From positions 576,001-640,000 of the forward strand of contig CAVOYH010000003.1 of assembly GCA_963700635.1 (NCBI GenBank): a stretch of 64,000 nucleotides of DNA. Reading direction: 5' to 3'. How positions within the stretch are numbered: the stretch's first letter is position 1; each line of letters begins with the position of its first letter. Under the pieces are notes generated by a model. The model was not told the DNA's origin, did not search any database, and saw only the letters and a program-made list of their open reading frames with translations. This document shows, in pieces, positions 1 through 8,732 of this stretch. The position numbers and the translations under genes are program-made. Source of the stretch: an uncultured Bacteroidota bacterium. Lineage in GTDB: Bacteria; Bacteroidota; Ignavibacteria; UBA10030; UBA6906.

Positions 1-589
1 CCCAGGGTTCAAGTTCTACAACCACTTTGTCGCCGGGACGTGCTTTGTGTGCCGTACCCGGGGCAAGGTAGATGTCTCTTGGAATACGTTCATCATCCGG
101 GATAACAATCGCAAAATCCTTCCGCATTTCCAGGCGTCCGGTCAGACGTGTGACTGTCCGTTCGAGCACACGCACCACTTCCCCTTCGGGACCTTCGTCC
201 TGCCGATGTGAACGCCGTTCAGCGAACAGCGCAACCTCGACGAGATCTCCGGAAAACGCTGTACGAAGAAACCGTGGCGCAATCCGGATATCTCTGTCCC
301 ATCCCTCTGCCTTCACGAACCCCAATCCCCGCCGGGTGATACTGAGCCGTCCTGTTGTATTGCGTGGTCTCCGGGAGCCTTCCTGCTTACGCTTCCTTGC
401 GTAACTGAACCGTCCTCGCTCATCCGCGACGATGAGGCCGGCGCGCTCGAGCTCTTCCATGAGCGTGCGAAGGGTGCGGAATTGCTCTTTGCCGGAAATT
501 TTCATCCGTCGCGCAAGATCTTTGACGGTTGTCCTGGTGCGGGGGTGTCCCGAAAAGAAACCCAACACACTTTTTTTGAGGTCACTCAC
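1..589 (-). CDS. rnr: Ribonuclease R, N-terminal part (runs off window edge)
   Basis: Manual minus-strand translation from GTG at 589 (GGAG upstream): VSDLKKSVLGFF...GRLSITRRGLGFVKAEG...AFSGDLVEV...PEGEVVRVLER...IVIPDDERIPRDIYL...GDKVVVEL, the HTH plus cold-shock domains typical of RNase R. Not listed in the ORF track because it is truncated. Confidence 0.85.
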   Translation of the reverse strand, partial: MSDLKKSVLGFFSGHPRTRTTVKDLARRMKISGKEQFRTLRTLMEELERAGLIVADERGRFSYARKRKQEGSRRPRNTTGRLSITRRGLGFVKAEGWDRDIRIAPRFLRTAFSGDLVEVALFAERRSHRQDEGPEGEVVRVLERTVTRLTGRLEMRKDFAIVIPDDERIPRDIYLAPGTAHKARPGDKVVVELEPW

Positions 590-609
590 GGTAGCTCCGG
601 AGTATGGTA

Positions 610-3600
610 TCAGAATGAAAAACGGTAGAACAGGCGCGCCGAATTGGTGCGCCGCAGATCGGTCGCCTGCCCGAATGTTCCGCGCTCGACCTTGCTCTCC
701 AGCTCCATCATCAGGTTACGGAGAGAGGGCCTGTTAAAGATGCTGCCGAATGAATACTGTACGCTAAAATTCGCATTCCCCAGAGGATCGTCCAGAATCT
801 GCCCCCCATACCGCCAGTACCCGCTCCAGGCCACTCCACTCAGGCGGATGTCTGCCGACTCTGTTGCGCCGGCCTGTGTATTAAAATTGAGTTCCACCGA
901 ACTGATGAACCCGGTTTGCGCCCGCAGGAATTCCGAAAGTGTTCCTGTCAGGAGGGAGGAAGCACCCGTCAGGATTGACCGCCGGAAGGTTTTTTCGAGT
1001 TCAGCCGACACGTCACCTTTCTCGGCAACCGTGAGCGGGAAGGAACCGTAAATAATAAACCCGATGGCATCCGATTGGACATCATTTGACTTCAGCCCGT
1101 TGTATGCATAGTAGTCCACATTGTCAATTGTCATGGACATGGACAGACTCGGCGATGAGCGGGGGCCGGTGATATCAACGATCACCACAACGCTCTCGTC
1201 GTCTTTGGCGGAGGCCGTGTCGCGCACCGCCCGTGTCCCGCGGTACGTCGCCCTGATATTCAATTCCGGATTCATAAAATCACCGGTGAATTGAATCCGG
1301 CCTTCTGCATCAAACCGGCGGTAGAAACTGTAGTACGCGCGCGAAACCGTCAGATCACCCAGCCAGCGGCGGCCATCTTCGGTGATCGAGAATCGACCGT
1401 CAATCGTGGCAACAAGCTCTTCGCTGGAGATCGGATTAAATATCATGCGGATGCCGGTCGTCCCGCCGGTCGTCTCGATGTCCAGGTCATACCGCAGCCC
1501 GTCCAGAAAAGAGACCGTGCCCTCGAGATTCCGGTGAGTGCCTTGATTGTCTCCCTCCTGGCCGTTTCCGAAATACCGGTCGGCTGCAGAGACCACAGTT
1601 TTCTCGCCATACTTGCTGGTGTCGTCATAGACGATGAGGGGAACCGAGAGCGCGGATTCTTCCGTCACAACCTGCTGGGTGGGCGGAAAAATCAGATTGG
1701 AGTTTCGGATCGCCACGGATCCTCTGAGTAACGATCGTTCAATATCTCCCGTAAACCGCAGGCCACCAGAACCGATCTCGACGAACAGATCGCCGTACAG
1801 CGAGAGTGATGACTTTCGGGTTGCCTCCTTCACGACATGGAGTTGACCGGTGGCGGAGAGATTAAAGTCCCCGGGTGTAAAATTCCGGAGCGCAAAATCT
1901 CCGGTGAGCCGTACAAGGCCCGTTCGTTCGTCACGTTCGTCACCCGGTACATTCCTAACTGTCGCTTCGGCAACGGTAATCCGGTCTCCTGCTCCCTGGA
2001 AGGTCCCCTGGACTATGTAGTACATGTTGTTCGGCTCAAAGAGAAACTGACATTCCGAGAGTCTGAGTTGGCCGTCATACCGCGGACGCTCAGCCGTGCC
2101 TGAGATGGTAAGATCACAGTCCAGTGTCCCGGAGAGATTGTTAAACGTCGGCAACAACGGATCCAAGATGGTGATCGGTGTTCCTGCGGATTTTATGGTA
2201 AGCCTGAATTCACGATTCTCATCGGGCAAGGACAAATCACCGCGCAGAAGCGGTATCGAACCTTCGGCTGTCAGTTCAGGTCCCTCTGCCACGCGTCCGC
2301 GGGTAACATCCGCCGCAATCTTAAGATCCAGCACTCCTTCCGTGAAGCCCACAGCCCCGCTCACACTGCCGAACGGTATATCTCGCAGCGCGATACTATC
2401 TGCAGCGAATGTAGCCGTCAGTGACGGGCGCTCCACTGTTCCCCCGATGACGATGGCCGCATCAAGCCCTCCCTCGAATACATGTCCTCCGGAGGAAGGA
2501 TCTTCACTGGCAAGGAAATAGGTCAGATCCGCCAGGTTCAGGTCCGTCCCGCGGACTGTCGCCGAAAGTGCTCCGCCTTGTCCGATGGTTCCCTGGGCGA
2601 TAACCTGCGAAATAGAACGGTGCAGGACGAGATCACTCAGCGTTACGGCGTGAGGGCATATCGTGATCTGCGATCCGGGGTCGGCCTCCCAACGGAGAGC
2701 ACGATAGGATGCGTAGAGATTGTTGATCACACAGGAAATCGTGTCCTGACGAAGTTCCGCTTCCCCTTCGACATTGAGATGCGTCTCCCGGTTTAATGCC
2801 CCGTGCAGCAGGTACTGTGCCTGACGGTCTTTGATACGTATGTTCACCTCTATACTGTCGAGCTCCGTACTGCTGATATTCACCATCCGGGCGGTAGCAC
2901 GCACCTGAAGGTCCGCATCGGTGTACGTGCGTTCGGGCCCGAGATCTACTGCCTGAACAACAAGCTCTCCATCCTCGACAAGAACGCCGGACATGACATC
3001 GCCATAATAAAACTCTTTCACCGTAAGGCGCGTATCCGATGTCAGTTTCTTGATGCCACCCCGCAGGGTGCCGGCGAGTCTTGCGGTACCATTGAATGTA
3101 CGTTCTCCGACCGCCAGTGAGGGAAGTTGCAGGTCTTTCACATTAACCTCATACCTGAGATCCACGCTGCGCGCCTCTTCTTCGAGAGTTGTCCGGAGCC
3201 TGGAAAGAGCCAGGGTATCAATGTCCGTTTGAAACAGGGAGTCAAACCGGGAGAAATTTTCGTTGATTGCCAGACTGGCATTCTGCAATTGGAACCCTAC
3301 AAGCCGGCTCAGATGGCCGAGATCATACTGCCCTTCAAAGGTCGCATCCAGGACGGGAGAGGAAAAGGCAAAAACCTTGTGCACGCTGTCGTCTTGATTG
3401 AGCGTGAGGCGAATATCCCCATCTTCTATAGAGTAGTTGCCATAACGTGAATTGGATGCGGTAAAGAGGAAGTCGCCACCGAGGGTTTCAAGCGTAAGTC
3501 CGGATCCAGTGACTTGAATATTGAGATTCAGGTCGCTGGAATGGCGCTCTTCTCCGAGCAACTCGGCAAGATTGACACCGGTGGCGGATCCTTCGATGGA

Positions 3601-5160
3601 AAATGTCGGATGTGGCTGCACCGACTCGTCAAGATTGCCGGTCAGGAGATAGTCTGCGGTACTGATCCCCAGCTGGAGAACTCCGTCCACTCTCCGGTCC
3701 CGTGCACGGAGCTGAGCCTCTCCGGACCGAATCGCTAAACCGCGGAATGTTGAGGAGTCCAGCAGAACACGGGCCGTGCCGTAAACTTTCCGGAGATCAA
3801 CGCCCGAACCGTCGATAATAACAGCGCCATGAAGGTCGGTCGCCAGAGCTTCCTCATCGAGCACCCGCGCGAGATTAACCCCATCCAGCGTAATCGTCCC
3901 GTGATATCGCAGGGTGCGGGGACCGCCAATGGTGAGCGCCAGATCTTCGGTCCGGATGGTACCCCCGCTGCTCTCAAGCACCATCTGCGTCTGAAAACTC
4001 AGCGGGGTTCCGCGAAAACGTACATCAAGACTAACCGGGCCCAGCGATCGGAAGTCCGGAAGGTCAAACGAGGGGAGCAGCGTCAGGGGATCGGCTGGCG
4101 CGATCCGGCTCTCCCGCATACGGAGATCCATTGTTAGGTTTCCCGGGTCATGGAGATTTGACACGGTGCCGTCCATCAGGATCCGACTTTCGCCAAAACG
4201 GAGGTCCAGCTCCCGTACCGGCAAATCACCGAATGGACCGTCTGCAATGACTGTTCCGCTGACGGTACCATTGAGAAAGTGCGTGGCTGGGAGAATACGT
4301 CCAAGTTCCCTGAAATTAACGAGATCAACGGACAGGCCGACCGACGCGGAACAGGTCCGAAGGTTTTCAAGCGTGAAGCCGCCCAGAAGATCAATGCCGG
4401 TCATTGAAGCCGTCAGGAGCACGCTCGAACTATCGGTTATGATGCGTAAATCCGACACCCGTGTCAGGGTGGGCGTGACGTCCATATCGGCCGAAATGTG
4501 GTTGAAGCGTACGGGTGTGTCGTCAATCGCGAAGGCAAGACGGGTGATACCGGCATGGTAGACGTCGTTACGCATCGTAAACGACATGCCGAGTGAAAAC
4601 CCGTTCAGCACAAGATGATCATAGTCGAGGGCGTCAAACGGCCGATCAGGTTCATCCGGTTCAGACAATGTTGTGGAATCAACTACGATGATGGTCCCGT
4701 TGTGCATTTCAAACCGGCGGAGTTGAATGCCCCAATCAAAACGGGACGAGACGGTATCGGGTGCTGTCTTCACCGCAATCCGTTCAAGGTTCCAGGCACC
4801 CGAGCGCGATCGGAGCAGGCGCACGGTAGGCCGTTCCAGGACCAGACTGTGGACGGAGATGGTCTTGCTCGATATATCAAAGAGGTTGTACCGCAGGCCA
4901 ATCTGATCGGCGCTCAGCAGTGTATCATTGTCAAGGGAGACCGAGATTCCGTCGATGGTGAATCCTGTGACGAGATTGCCATGCAGTTCTCCGAGGGTCA
5001 CCTCGGCTACAAGCAAACTGTCGAGTTCGGTGAGCGCGACGGCCCGGAGGCGGTCACGAAAGAACTGGGTTTGTGTGAGACCCGCAAGCAGCAGCAGGAG
5101 GAGTACTACTCCCCCCGTACCATAGAGGATGACGCGAAGAATGGCTTTGAGGGCTTTCAT
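610..5160 (-). CDS. tamB: TamB/AsmA-like translocation and assembly module protein (DUF490)
   Basis: 1516 aa, N-terminal TM anchor, repetitive beta-rich body, C-terminal G.I.F.G...NP.LNI.A motif and terminal YRFSF. Confidence 0.8.
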   Translation of the reverse strand: MKALKAILRVILYGTGGVVLLLLLLAGLTQTQFFRDRLRAVALTELDSLLVAEVTLGELHGNLVTGFTIDGISVSLDNDTLLSADQIGLRYNLFDISSKTISVHSLVLERPTVRLLRSRSGAWNLERIAVKTAPDTVSSRFDWGIQLRRFEMHNGTIIVVDSTTLSEPDEPDRPFDALDYDHLVLNGFSLGMSFTMRNDVYHAGITRLAFAIDDTPVRFNHISADMDVTPTLTRVSDLRIITDSSSVLLTASMTGIDLLGGFTLENLRTCSASVGLSVDLVNFRELGRILPATHFLNGTVSGTVIADGPFGDLPVRELDLRFGESRILMDGTVSNLHDPGNLTMDLRMRESRIAPADPLTLLPSFDLPDFRSLGPVSLDVRFRGTPLSFQTQMVLESSGGTIRTEDLALTIGGPRTLRYHGTITLDGVNLARVLDEEALATDLHGAVIIDGSGVDLRKVYGTARVLLDSSTFRGLAIRSGEAQLRARDRRVDGVLQLGISTADYLLTGNLDESVQPHPTFSIEGSATGVNLAELLGEERHSSDLNLNIQVTGSGLTLETLGGDFLFTASNSRYGNYSIEDGDIRLTLNQDDSVHKVFAFSSPVLDATFEGQYDLGHLSRLVGFQLQNASLAINENFSRFDSLFQTDIDTLALSRLRTTLEEEARSVDLRYEVNVKDLQLPSLAVGERTFNGTARLAGTLRGGIKKLTSDTRLTVKEFYYGDVMSGVLVEDGELVVQAVDLGPERTYTDADLQVRATARMVNISSTELDSIEVNIRIKDRQAQYLLHGALNRETHLNVEGEAELRQDTISCVINNLYASYRALRWEADPGSQITICPHAVTLSDLVLHRSISQVIAQGTIGQGGALSATVRGTDLNLADLTYFLASEDPSSGGHVFEGGLDAAIVIGGTVERPSLTATFAADSIALRDIPFGSVSGAVGFTEGVLDLKIAADVTRGRVAEGPELTAEGSIPLLRGDLSLPDENREFRLTIKSAGTPITILDPLLPTFNNLSGTLDCDLTISGTAERPRYDGQLRLSECQFLFEPNNMYYIVQGTFQGAGDRITVAEATVRNVPGDERDERTGLVRLTGDFALRNFTPGDFNLSATGQLHVVKEATRKSSLSLYGDLFVEIGSGGLRFTGDIERSLLRGSVAIRNSNLIFPPTQQVVTEESALSVPLIVYDDTSKYGEKTVVSAADRYFGNGQEGDNQGTHRNLEGTVSFLDGLRYDLDIETTGGTTGIRMIFNPISSEELVATIDGRFSITEDGRRWLGDLTVSRAYYSFYRRFDAEGRIQFTGDFMNPELNIRATYRGTRAVRDTASAKDDESVVVIVDITGPRSSPSLSMSMTIDNVDYYAYNGLKSNDVQSDAIGFIIYGSFPLTVAEKGDVSAELEKTFRRSILTGASSLLTGTLSEFLRAQTGFISSVELNFNTQAGATESADIRLSGVAWSGYWRYGGQILDDPLGNANFSVQYSFGSIFNRPSLRNLMMELESKVERGTFGQATDLRRTNSARLFYRFSF

Positions 5161-5163
5161 GAT

Positions 5164-5676
5164 TCATGTTTTCGCACGGTGATCCGTTCGGCCTGGACAG
5201 TAGACATCAAGCACGCGCTGGATCACATTTGTTGTCGACCGGCCCGGAGTGAGACGGATCCGGCGTACCTTGCCGCCGTGGGCTTCCACAACATCGGCGC
5301 CAACGATCTCTCCTTTTTTCCAGTCCGCCCCTTTTGCCAGGACATCCGGTAGGAGTGTCCGGATAAGCCGGGCAGGCGTGTCATCGCCGAACAACACCAC
5401 ATAATCAACGCACTGCAATGCAGCCAGTACGGATGCCCGATCCCGGTTGGGGTTAATGGGTCGTTTCGGACCTTTTATACGACGGATGGAGTTATCCGTA
5501 TTCAATCCGACAACCAGGGCATCCCCGAGACTGCGCGCGGCTTGCAGGTAGGACACGTGGCCGCGGTGAAGAATATCAAATGTCCCGTTTGTGAACACCA
5601 GTTTTTTTCCGAGGCGCCTGAGCGCCCGGCGTCGCCGTATCATCGCTGAAAGCGAAAGCACCTTCCCCTCTTTCAC
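5164..5676 (-). CDS. rfaE2: D-glycero-beta-D-manno-heptose 1-phosphate adenylyltransferase
   Basis: VFTNGTFDILHRGH, VVGLNTD.SI...KG..RP, KGADW, STT motifs. GTG start at 5676 overlaps the upstream stop (GTGA). Confidence 0.92.
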   Translation of the reverse strand: MKEGKVLSLSAMIRRRRALRRLGKKLVFTNGTFDILHRGHVSYLQAARSLGDALVVGLNTDNSIRRIKGPKRPINPNRDRASVLAALQCVDYVVLFGDDTPARLIRTLLPDVLAKGADWKKGEIVGADVVEAHGGKVRRIRLTPGRSTTNVIQRVLDVYCPGRTDHRAKT

Positions 5677-6680
5677 GTCCGGTCCTTTCCGGAATACCGC
5701 AACACTGCAGAACGCAGATCCTGCGGTCGAATCGGGACAATGCCCACAGCCCCGACAACCACTCCGCTTGCGTAGTTTGCCAGCGAACACGCTTCACGAA
5801 TCGATGCGCCACCGGCAAGCGCCATGGTCAGCGTCGATATCACGGTATCCCCCGCACCCGACACATCCTGAACGTTTTCTGCTACCGTTCCATAATGTGT
5901 AATGTCTCCGTTTGCTTCAAACAGTGACATCCCGTCTTCGCCGCGGGTCAGGAGGACATTCTCCGCATGTAACACTTCGAGAAGCTGTTTACCGGCTCGT
6001 TCGACATCCGCAGTTGTCCTGAGCCGGCCGCCAAGAACTTCTTCAGCCTCCCGGCGGTTGGGCTTGAAGACCGTAACATGTTTAAAGTCAAGGAAATTAT
6101 CGAACTTCGGGTCAACGGTGATTGTCACCTTGTGTTTCCGGGCGAGCGCGATAAGATCGTCTATCAGTTCCCTGGTCACAACACCCTTATTATAGTCTTC
6201 GACGATAATACCGGCGAGTGACGGCATCTCTTTGTTAATCACATCGAGCATTTGCGCCCGCAGGGCCGGTGGGCACAGTTGTTTGGATTCATTGTCGATG
6301 CGCACAACGTGCTGACTTTGGGCAATCACACGGGTTTTGATCGTGGTCTCCCTCAGCGTATCCCGTACGATTCCATGCACGGGAAATCCCTGCTCGCGCA
6401 CAAGGTCAAGAAGCACCTGACCGGGGTGGTCGTCGCCGATCACACCGATCAGAACAGGGATACCACCCAGGGATCGGATATTGTGTGCCACATTGGCCGC
6501 ACCGCCCAGGCGGACCGATTCCGATTCCACTTCAACGACCGGGACGGGAGCTTCTGGTGAGACTCGCCGGACCACACCCCAGTAGTAGCGGTCCACCATA
6601 AGATCCCCGAGCACAGCAATGCGCTTGCCCGCGCAGGCTCCGAGCAGGGTGTCAAGACGTTGTGCAGTAAACGTAACCAT
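5673..6680 (-). CDS. rfaE1: D-glycero-beta-D-manno-heptose-7-phosphate kinase (PfkB family)
   Basis: GDLMVDRY...RVSPEAPVPVV, LGGAANVA, DYNKG, VDPK, KPNRRE, DVSGAGDT motifs. Start placed at MVTF. Confidence 0.92.
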   Translation of the reverse strand: MVTFTAQRLDTLLGACAGKRIAVLGDLMVDRYYWGVVRRVSPEAPVPVVEVESESVRLGGAANVAHNIRSLGGIPVLIGVIGDDHPGQVLLDLVREQGFPVHGIVRDTLRETTIKTRVIAQSQHVVRIDNESKQLCPPALRAQMLDVINKEMPSLAGIIVEDYNKGVVTRELIDDLIALARKHKVTITVDPKFDNFLDFKHVTVFKPNRREAEEVLGGRLRTTADVERAGKQLLEVLHAENVLLTRGEDGMSLFEANGDITHYGTVAENVQDVSGAGDTVISTLTMALAGGASIREACSLANYASGVVVGAVGIVPIRPQDLRSAVLRYSGKDRT

Positions 6681-6752
6681 AGATCTCCATGGTAATATAG
6701 AAAGGCCTCCTGCCAGACGCAAGGTGACCGGCATCCGCTTCGGACCACATAC

Positions 6753-7313
6753 CTACCGAAGCACCGGCATCAAGAGTCGGACAAGGTGGTCAACGGTAAG
6801 ACCGAGACGTTTTTCATCTGCGAGAACGATGATGTCGGCCTGCGCGTACAAAGGTTCCCGCTTGCTGTGCAGGTCCATGAGCCGTTCCCGGAGTGATTCT
6901 TCGGGAAGCCGGTTACCGTCTGCATCGGTGAGCAACGGCCTGTCCGCTTTGTGGTGCAGCCGTTTGAGGAGTTCCTCCGTCGGCACCTTGAGGTACACGA
7001 GCAGCCCGGAGAGTTTTACGATATCAAAGATTGCGGGATCACTGAGTGTCCCCCCCCCGAGGGCAATCACGATGGTTTCCCGATTCACCAGCTGCTGCAG
7101 CAGGGCGCGTTCCTTGGACCGGAAGAATTGTTCTCCGTCTTCCTGGAATATCCGCTTTACACTCTTCTGACATTGCGTTTCAATCTCACGGTCCAGATCA
7201 ACAAAATCGTATCCGATCGTGTTTGCCAGAATCGGTCCCACGGTGCTCTTCCCGCTCCCCATAAACCCGGTCAGGAAGATCCTGGCTTTCCGTTTACGCA
7301 GGTCGTCGGTCAT
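6753..7313 (-). CDS. aroK: Shikimate kinase
   Basis: FLTGFMGSGKSTVG P-loop, DLD, GE..FR..E, ALGGG, RPLL, R..LY. Confidence 0.95.
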   Translation of the reverse strand: MTDDLRKRKARIFLTGFMGSGKSTVGPILANTIGYDFVDLDREIETQCQKSVKRIFQEDGEQFFRSKERALLQQLVNRETIVIALGGGTLSDPAIFDIVKLSGLLVYLKVPTEELLKRLHHKADRPLLTDADGNRLPEESLRERLMDLHSKREPLYAQADIIVLADEKRLGLTVDHLVRLLMPVLR

Positions 7314-8035
7314 GATCGTTTTCCGGCGTTCAGTACGGCGATGCGTACCCGGCTCGTGCGGCCCCGTCTCTCAATGTGTGTGTCGATCATGCGCACCATC
7401 CATCCGTGTTCTTCCGCAAGTGCGAAAAAATCGCCGCCCAGCGAACGGTCGGGCTCAGCAATCCATGCCTCGCCCCCGGAGCGTACGGTTGTCTGAAGGC
7501 AGGCCAAAAGCGGGAGGAAGTTACGGCGTTCATACACGATATCAGCCCCGAGGACCAGATCATATGGTTCAAAGGTTTCCGGTTCACGCCAATCGGCGGC
7601 GCGGAAGGATGTCCTCCCAAGACTGATGGTATCAAGATTTGCCGAGGCGTTCCACCGTGCAAAGAGCAAAGCATCCTCCTCGTAATCGGTGAAGAGAACA
7701 GAGGCTCCATTTTTTGCGGCTGCAATTCCGGTGAGGCCGAGTCCGCATCCGAGATCGAGGACGCGCCTGCCGCGTAACGTCGGTTCGTCCAGACAGTGTC
7801 CGGCAAGCGCGAGAGCGGAAGTCCAGAGTTCTGACCAGTACGGCAGGCGCTCATCGACTGTGAACTCAGCCGGGGTGACGGCATCAAGGAGGGTATCGGG
7901 ATTGCGGACTCCCAGGACGCGGAACACATGCTTGCCGAGCTGATGTTCACTGATTTCCACGTCGAAGCGGGAGAGAATCTGGTGCGGAATCTCGTCAGAA
8001 ACTATACGCGGCTCCAATCTGAAGCACCATGCCAT
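7310..8035 (-). CDS. Class I SAM-dependent methyltransferase (lysine/nicotinamide MTase-like family); start uncertain
   Basis: PYWSELW.SA..L, VLDLGCGLGLTG, TDY, DW, GADIVYE motifs. Start could be ATG 8035 or GTG 7960. Confidence 0.75.
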   Translation of the reverse strand: MAWCFRLEPRIVSDEIPHQILSRFDVEISEHQLGKHVFRVLGVRNPDTLLDAVTPAEFTVDERLPYWSELWTSALALAGHCLDEPTLRGRRVLDLGCGLGLTGIAAAKNGASVLFTDYEEDALLFARWNASANLDTISLGRTSFRAADWREPETFEPYDLVLGADIVYERRNFLPLLACLQTTVRSGGEAWIAEPDRSLGGDFFALAEEHGWMVRMIDTHIERRGRTSRVRIAVLNAGKRS

Positions 8036-8708
8036 CGGTGTGAATGGTGGAGTCAAACGGCTTTGGGGGAAGCGTGACAAGAATGTCACCGTACCGGACG
8101 GTCGGAGTTGCAAATGTATTGGTTGTCTGAAACTGCGCGTCCCGGAATTTCATCTCCATTGACAGGGTGAACCATTCGGTGAACGCGTATCGGACCCCGC
8201 CCAGGACGTGGATGCCAAATCCCGGACGCGTTTCAATCGTGGTGGCGGTGACGCCGGCCACGCGGTATTCACGTTCGCCAAAATACACCCCGAGTCCGCC
8301 TCCCATGAACACACTGAACGGTCCATCGGTAACCGGGATGCGGAAATAGCCGGTAATTTCCACCGGGAGAACACGATACCCATCATCCACAGGCACGTGG
8401 CGCTGCGCCGTCGCAACAATCGTCCGTGTTTCGAAACTGCTAATATAGTCTGCCGAGAGCCCGAGTGAGAGCGTTGTCCCCGGTATGTGGTACATCACCT
8501 CGACACCGTACCCGAAGAAGTCCGTGAACGACACTGACTGGGCCCGTGCGAACGGATCACTGGCATTGGGATTCAAAAAGAGGCGTGCCGCGGTGGTAAG
8601 GTTGGCCTTTGCTGCCACTGAAAACGCGTGCTCCTGCGCCGCTCCTTCAACGAGCAGGCAGGAGCACAGGGAAATTGTAAGAGCCAGTGCACGAAAACTT
8701 CGTTTCAT
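7995..8708 (-). CDS. Small outer-membrane beta-barrel protein
   Basis: Signal peptide, amphipathic strands (FMGGGLGVYF, FGIHVLGGVRY) and C-terminal QIGAAYSF BAM signal. Confidence 0.75.
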   Translation of the reverse strand: MKRSFRALALTISLCSCLLVEGAAQEHAFSVAAKANLTTAARLFLNPNASDPFARAQSVSFTDFFGYGVEVMYHIPGTTLSLGLSADYISSFETRTIVATAQRHVPVDDGYRVLPVEITGYFRIPVTDGPFSVFMGGGLGVYFGEREYRVAGVTATTIETRPGFGIHVLGGVRYAFTEWFTLSMEMKFRDAQFQTTNTFATPTVRYGDILVTLPPKPFDSTIHTDGMVLQIGAAYSF

Positions 8709-8732
8709 CCCACCCTTCCCGGACATCAACCT

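Noticed and set aside
5164-6680. Split HldE (separate kinase and adenylyltransferase genes)
   Set aside because: Common arrangement in many bacteria, not novel.
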